DNA from: Spirochaetia bacterium
Lineage (GTDB): Bacteria > Spirochaetota > Spirochaetia > SZUA-6 > Bin103
Direction: 5' to 3'
NCBI GenBank assembly: GCA_965203055.1
Contig: OZ241863.1
Span: forward strand, 3,168,001 to 3,232,000
Length of the DNA stretch: 64,000 bases
Of the stretch, positions 61,241 to 64,000 are shown piece after piece. Position 1 is the stretch's first letter, and every line of letters begins with the position of its first letter. The translations under genes were made by a program, and so were the position numbers. The notes beneath the pieces are model-generated. The model ran no database searches. It was not told where the DNA came from and saw only the letters and a list, made by a program, of their open reading frames with translations.

Positions 61241-63337
61241 TCAGGAGGCTGCAAGATACTCCTGCAGGCGCTCGATTGCGGGGGCGAAGTCCTGGGGATC
61301 GGTCAGCGTGGAGCGAAACCGATCGCCGCGCCGCGCCAGGAGCGCCGGGGTGTTCGCAATGGTGAACATGCCGGGGTGCAGGTCGCCGTCCAGCTCGTCC
61401 CACTCCAGCGGCATCGACACGCGCGCGCCCGGGACCGGGCGCGCCACGTAGGGTGGCACCATGGTGGCGCTCTTGCGATTTTGCAGGAAGTCCACGTACA
61501 CCTTGCCGCCGCGCCCGCGCGGGTGCCGTTCCACGCTGGCGATGTCGGGATGCTCGCGCGCCACCATGCGCCCGACCGCCTCCATGAACAGGCGTACCTG
61601 GTGGTAGCCGTAACCGGGCACCAGCGGCAGATAGACGTGCAGCCCGGAGGCGCCGGAGGTCTTGACGGAGGGGTGCAGGCCGATGCCGCGCAACACCTTG
61701 CCGGCGGTGCGCGCCACCCGCTTGGCGTTGGCGAAGGAAGATTCCTTGGCGTCCAGGTCCAGTACCGCGAAGTCGGGGTGCTCCAGGCTGGCGCGGCGCG
61801 ACAGCCAGGGGTGCAGCTCGATGCTGCCCAGATTGATCAGGTAGAGCAGGGTCCGCACGTCGTTGCAGACGAGTTGGCGGTCGTGCCGCGCGTCGACCTC
61901 CACCAGTTCCACCCAGTCCGGCACCCCGGCCGGAGCCTGGCGCTGGAAGAACGACTTGCCCTCGATGCCGTTGGGGTAGCGGTGCAGGTGCACCGGCCGT
62001 TCGCGCAGGTAGGGGAGGAGAAACTCGGCCACCTGCTCGTAGAACTGCAGCAGGTCGCCCTTGGTGTAACCCTCGCGCGGCCAGAACACCTTGTCCAGGT
62101 TGCTGAACGCGACCGCGGCGTCGCGCGGCCGGCGCTGCCGGGCCTGCGCCAGGGCGGTGCTGACGTCGACCCGGCGCGCCGCCGCGGCCGCCTGCAGCGC
62201 CACCCTGCGCCACGCCGGCCGGGCGCCCGACCGATAGCGGCTGTCGGCCCGCTTGGCGACCAGCGCGTGGAAGCCGGCGGCCTCGGCGACCGCGGCCAGA
62301 CGCTCGCCGCTCGCCGCGACGTGATCGGCGTACAGCAGGCCGGGCGACGGCGGCAGCAGCGAGCGCAGCAGGTGCTTGCGTTCCAGCAGCGGCAGGCCGC
62401 GCAGGTCCCATTCATCGTAGTGCAGCAGGTCGAATGCGTAGTAGACGACGGCTCCCTGGGTCTCCCCGCTGCCGGCCCAGGCGTCGATGGCGCCCCGCGC
62501 AGGGCGGCCGCTCCGGTCCAGCGCCACCCACACCCCGTCCAGCAGCGCCTGTTCGGCGCGGACGCCGGCGAAGCGCGCCTGCGCCGCCGCCGCGGCGCGC
62601 GGATGCAGGGGCAGCCGCCCCCCGCCCGGCGCCGCGAACGCCGCCGCGCCGCCGTTGATCATGGCCAGGGCGCGGAGCCCCTCGAACTCCAGCTCGAAGA
62701 TCCAGTCGGCGCCGGAGAACTGCTCATGGTCGGCGCCCGCGGCCATGGCTCGCGGGCGCTTGGGAAGGGGCGCCGTGCGTACCCGCGCCGGGTCCACCGC
62801 CGGTACCGGGTCGCCGGCGCCGCGGGCGTAGCGGTCGCGCGCCTTGAACAGCAGCCAATCATCCTTGTCGGGGTTGGTCCGCACCAGGTGCCACTCGCCG
62901 CGCAGCCGGCGGCCGCGCAGCATCACCTTCACTTCGCCGGCGGCGAGCGCCTCCGCCAGGCCGGCGGCCTTCACGATCTCGTAGGAACCGGAGTCCCAGA
63001 TCAGCATGGTGCCGGCGCCGTATTCACCCTTCGGAATCACGCCTTCGAAGGTGCGGTAGCGCAGCGGATGATCCTCGGTGCGCACCGCCAGATGCTTCTC
63101 CGCCGGGTCATAGGAGAAACCGCGCGGGACGGCCCAGGATACCAGTACCCCGCCGGCCGCGAGGCGCAGATCGTAGTGCACGCGGCGCGCCTCGTGGCGA
63201 TGGATCACGAAGCTGCCCTCAGCGGCCGGCGGAGCTTCCCCGGATGCCCCCGCCGGGTCGTCGAACGCGGGTTCCGGAGTGCGGTGAAAGTTGCGCTTGG
63301 CCTGATATTCCGCGGCGGACTTCGAGCTGCGCGCCAT
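61241..63337 (-). CDS. ligD: LigD-like protein: phosphoesterase + degenerate ligase domain + primase/polymerase
   Basis: PE: HRHEARRVHYDLRL, EDHP, EYGAG. Ligase-like: FELEFEG, LDG, FDLL, AKR. Pol: DLDA, KTSGASGLHVY, VYVDFLQN. Confidence 0.88.
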   Translation of the reverse strand: MARSSKSAAEYQAKRNFHRTPEPAFDDPAGASGEAPPAAEGSFVIHRHEARRVHYDLRLAAGGVLVSWAVPRGFSYDPAEKHLAVRTEDHPLRYRTFEGVIPKGEYGAGTMLIWDSGSYEIVKAAGLAEALAAGEVKVMLRGRRLRGEWHLVRTNPDKDDWLLFKARDRYARGAGDPVPAVDPARVRTAPLPKRPRAMAAGADHEQFSGADWIFELEFEGLRALAMINGGAAAFAAPGGGRLPLHPRAAAAAQARFAGVRAEQALLDGVWVALDRSGRPARGAIDAWAGSGETQGAVVYYAFDLLHYDEWDLRGLPLLERKHLLRSLLPPSPGLLYADHVAASGERLAAVAEAAGFHALVAKRADSRYRSGARPAWRRVALQAAAAARRVDVSTALAQARQRRPRDAAVAFSNLDKVFWPREGYTKGDLLQFYEQVAEFLLPYLRERPVHLHRYPNGIEGKSFFQRQAPAGVPDWVELVEVDARHDRQLVCNDVRTLLYLINLGSIELHPWLSRRASLEHPDFAVLDLDAKESSFANAKRVARTAGKVLRGIGLHPSVKTSGASGLHVYLPLVPGYGYHQVRLFMEAVGRMVAREHPDIASVERHPRGRGGKVYVDFLQNRKSATMVPPYVARPVPGARVSMPLEWDELDGDLHPGMFTIANTPALLARRGDRFRSTLTDPQDFAPAIERLQEYLAAS

Positions 63338-63374
63338 GGCTGGGTACGCGACTAGCGCCGGGCGGGCGCGGCCA

Positions 63375-63998
63375 TCAGGAGGGCAGCGCTCCAGGCGGCC
63401 GGCGCGCCGGCTGACCGGCCGCGCCCAGCGCCGCTCCGGCGCCCGCGGCAGCGAGGCCGAGCCGGTTGCTGATGAATGCCAGCAGCATCCGGTAGTACTG
63501 CAGCATGGAGGCGATGTCGATCCACTCGTCCGGGCGGTGGACGTTGCCCACCAGCGGCCGGCTGATGATGACCGGGATGCCGCGTTGCGACAGGAACCGC
63601 GCGTCGCTGGTGCCGGCGGTGCGCACTACCCACATGGGCCGTCCCAGCACCCGTTCGCCGATCGCCATGAACTCCGGGTTGGGAGTCATCTCGGTAGGTT
63701 CGTCGCCGACGCGCGGGGTGACCCGGGTACTCCCGCTCAGGCAGGCGCGTACTTCCGCCAGCATGCCGGCCACCGTCCAGGGGGGAGTGAAGCGCACGTC
63801 AATGCCGGCGCGCGCATAGGCGGGAATGCGGTTCAGGGTGTGGCTCTCCGACTCCAGAGTGGTGACGGTGGCGGTAGGATGCCAGTGTTCGCCGGCCGCC
63901 GCCGCGGCCGGCGCCTCGGAATCGCCGCCGGCACGGCCGCTCCCGGCCTGCGCCTCTGCGGCCAGCGCTGCGAACCGCTCCTGCAGGCGCGTCAGATC
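63375..63998 (-). CDS. M20 family metallopeptidase, C-terminal part (5'-partial)
   Basis: NRIP, DVRF, GTSDARF, HRPDEW; the frame is open to the window end. Confidence 0.8.
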   Translation of the reverse strand, partial: DLTRLQERFAALAAEAQAGSGRAGGDSEAPAAAAAGEHWHPTATVTTLESESHTLNRIPAYARAGIDVRFTPPWTVAGMLAEVRACLSGSTRVTPRVGDEPTEMTPNPEFMAIGERVLGRPMWVVRTAGTSDARFLSQRGIPVIISRPLVGNVHRPDEWIDIASMLQYYRMLLAFISNRLGLAAAGAGAALGAAGQPARRPPGALPS

Positions 63999-64000
63999 GC

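Overview
High-GC bacterial chromosomal window with three accessory zones set among housekeeping genes. (1) 1-12964 is a defence island. It holds the C-terminal end of a GmrSD/DUF1524-type HNH gene, an orphan Rpn C-terminal (RpnS-like) fragment, and BREX type 2 pglY-pglZ, with PglZ apparently short at its C-terminus. A lower-GC nucleotidyltransferase + unknown gene pair and a DUF3696 ABC ATPase flanked by apparent gene remnants follow. The island ends in a three-gene module (unknown protein + degenerate BrxD-like ATPase + intact BrxD-like ATPase) with no BrxHI helicase in view. (2) 13-54.6 kb is mostly metabolic: serine/threonine dehydratase, FAD/Fe-S oxidoreductase, acnA, cysK, trmL, aspS, ribA, two AAA+ modules, moeA-moaACDE-msrPQ, an MFS transporter and an M24 peptidase. 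A type II-like R-M pair (30.9-33.7 kb) and a decayed nuclease pseudogene (50.2 kb) interrupt it. (3) 54.6-63.3 kb has a Schlafen/AlbA_2-HATPase-wHTH gene followed by an AT-rich ~135 bp tandem repeat, and an unusual NHEJ locus. That locus comprises Ku, an intact stand-alone ligase, a BRCT-MerR-TPR protein, and a convergent LigD whose ligase active site is degenerate (KxDG->EFEG). All family assignments come from motif recognition by eye; no database searches were run.
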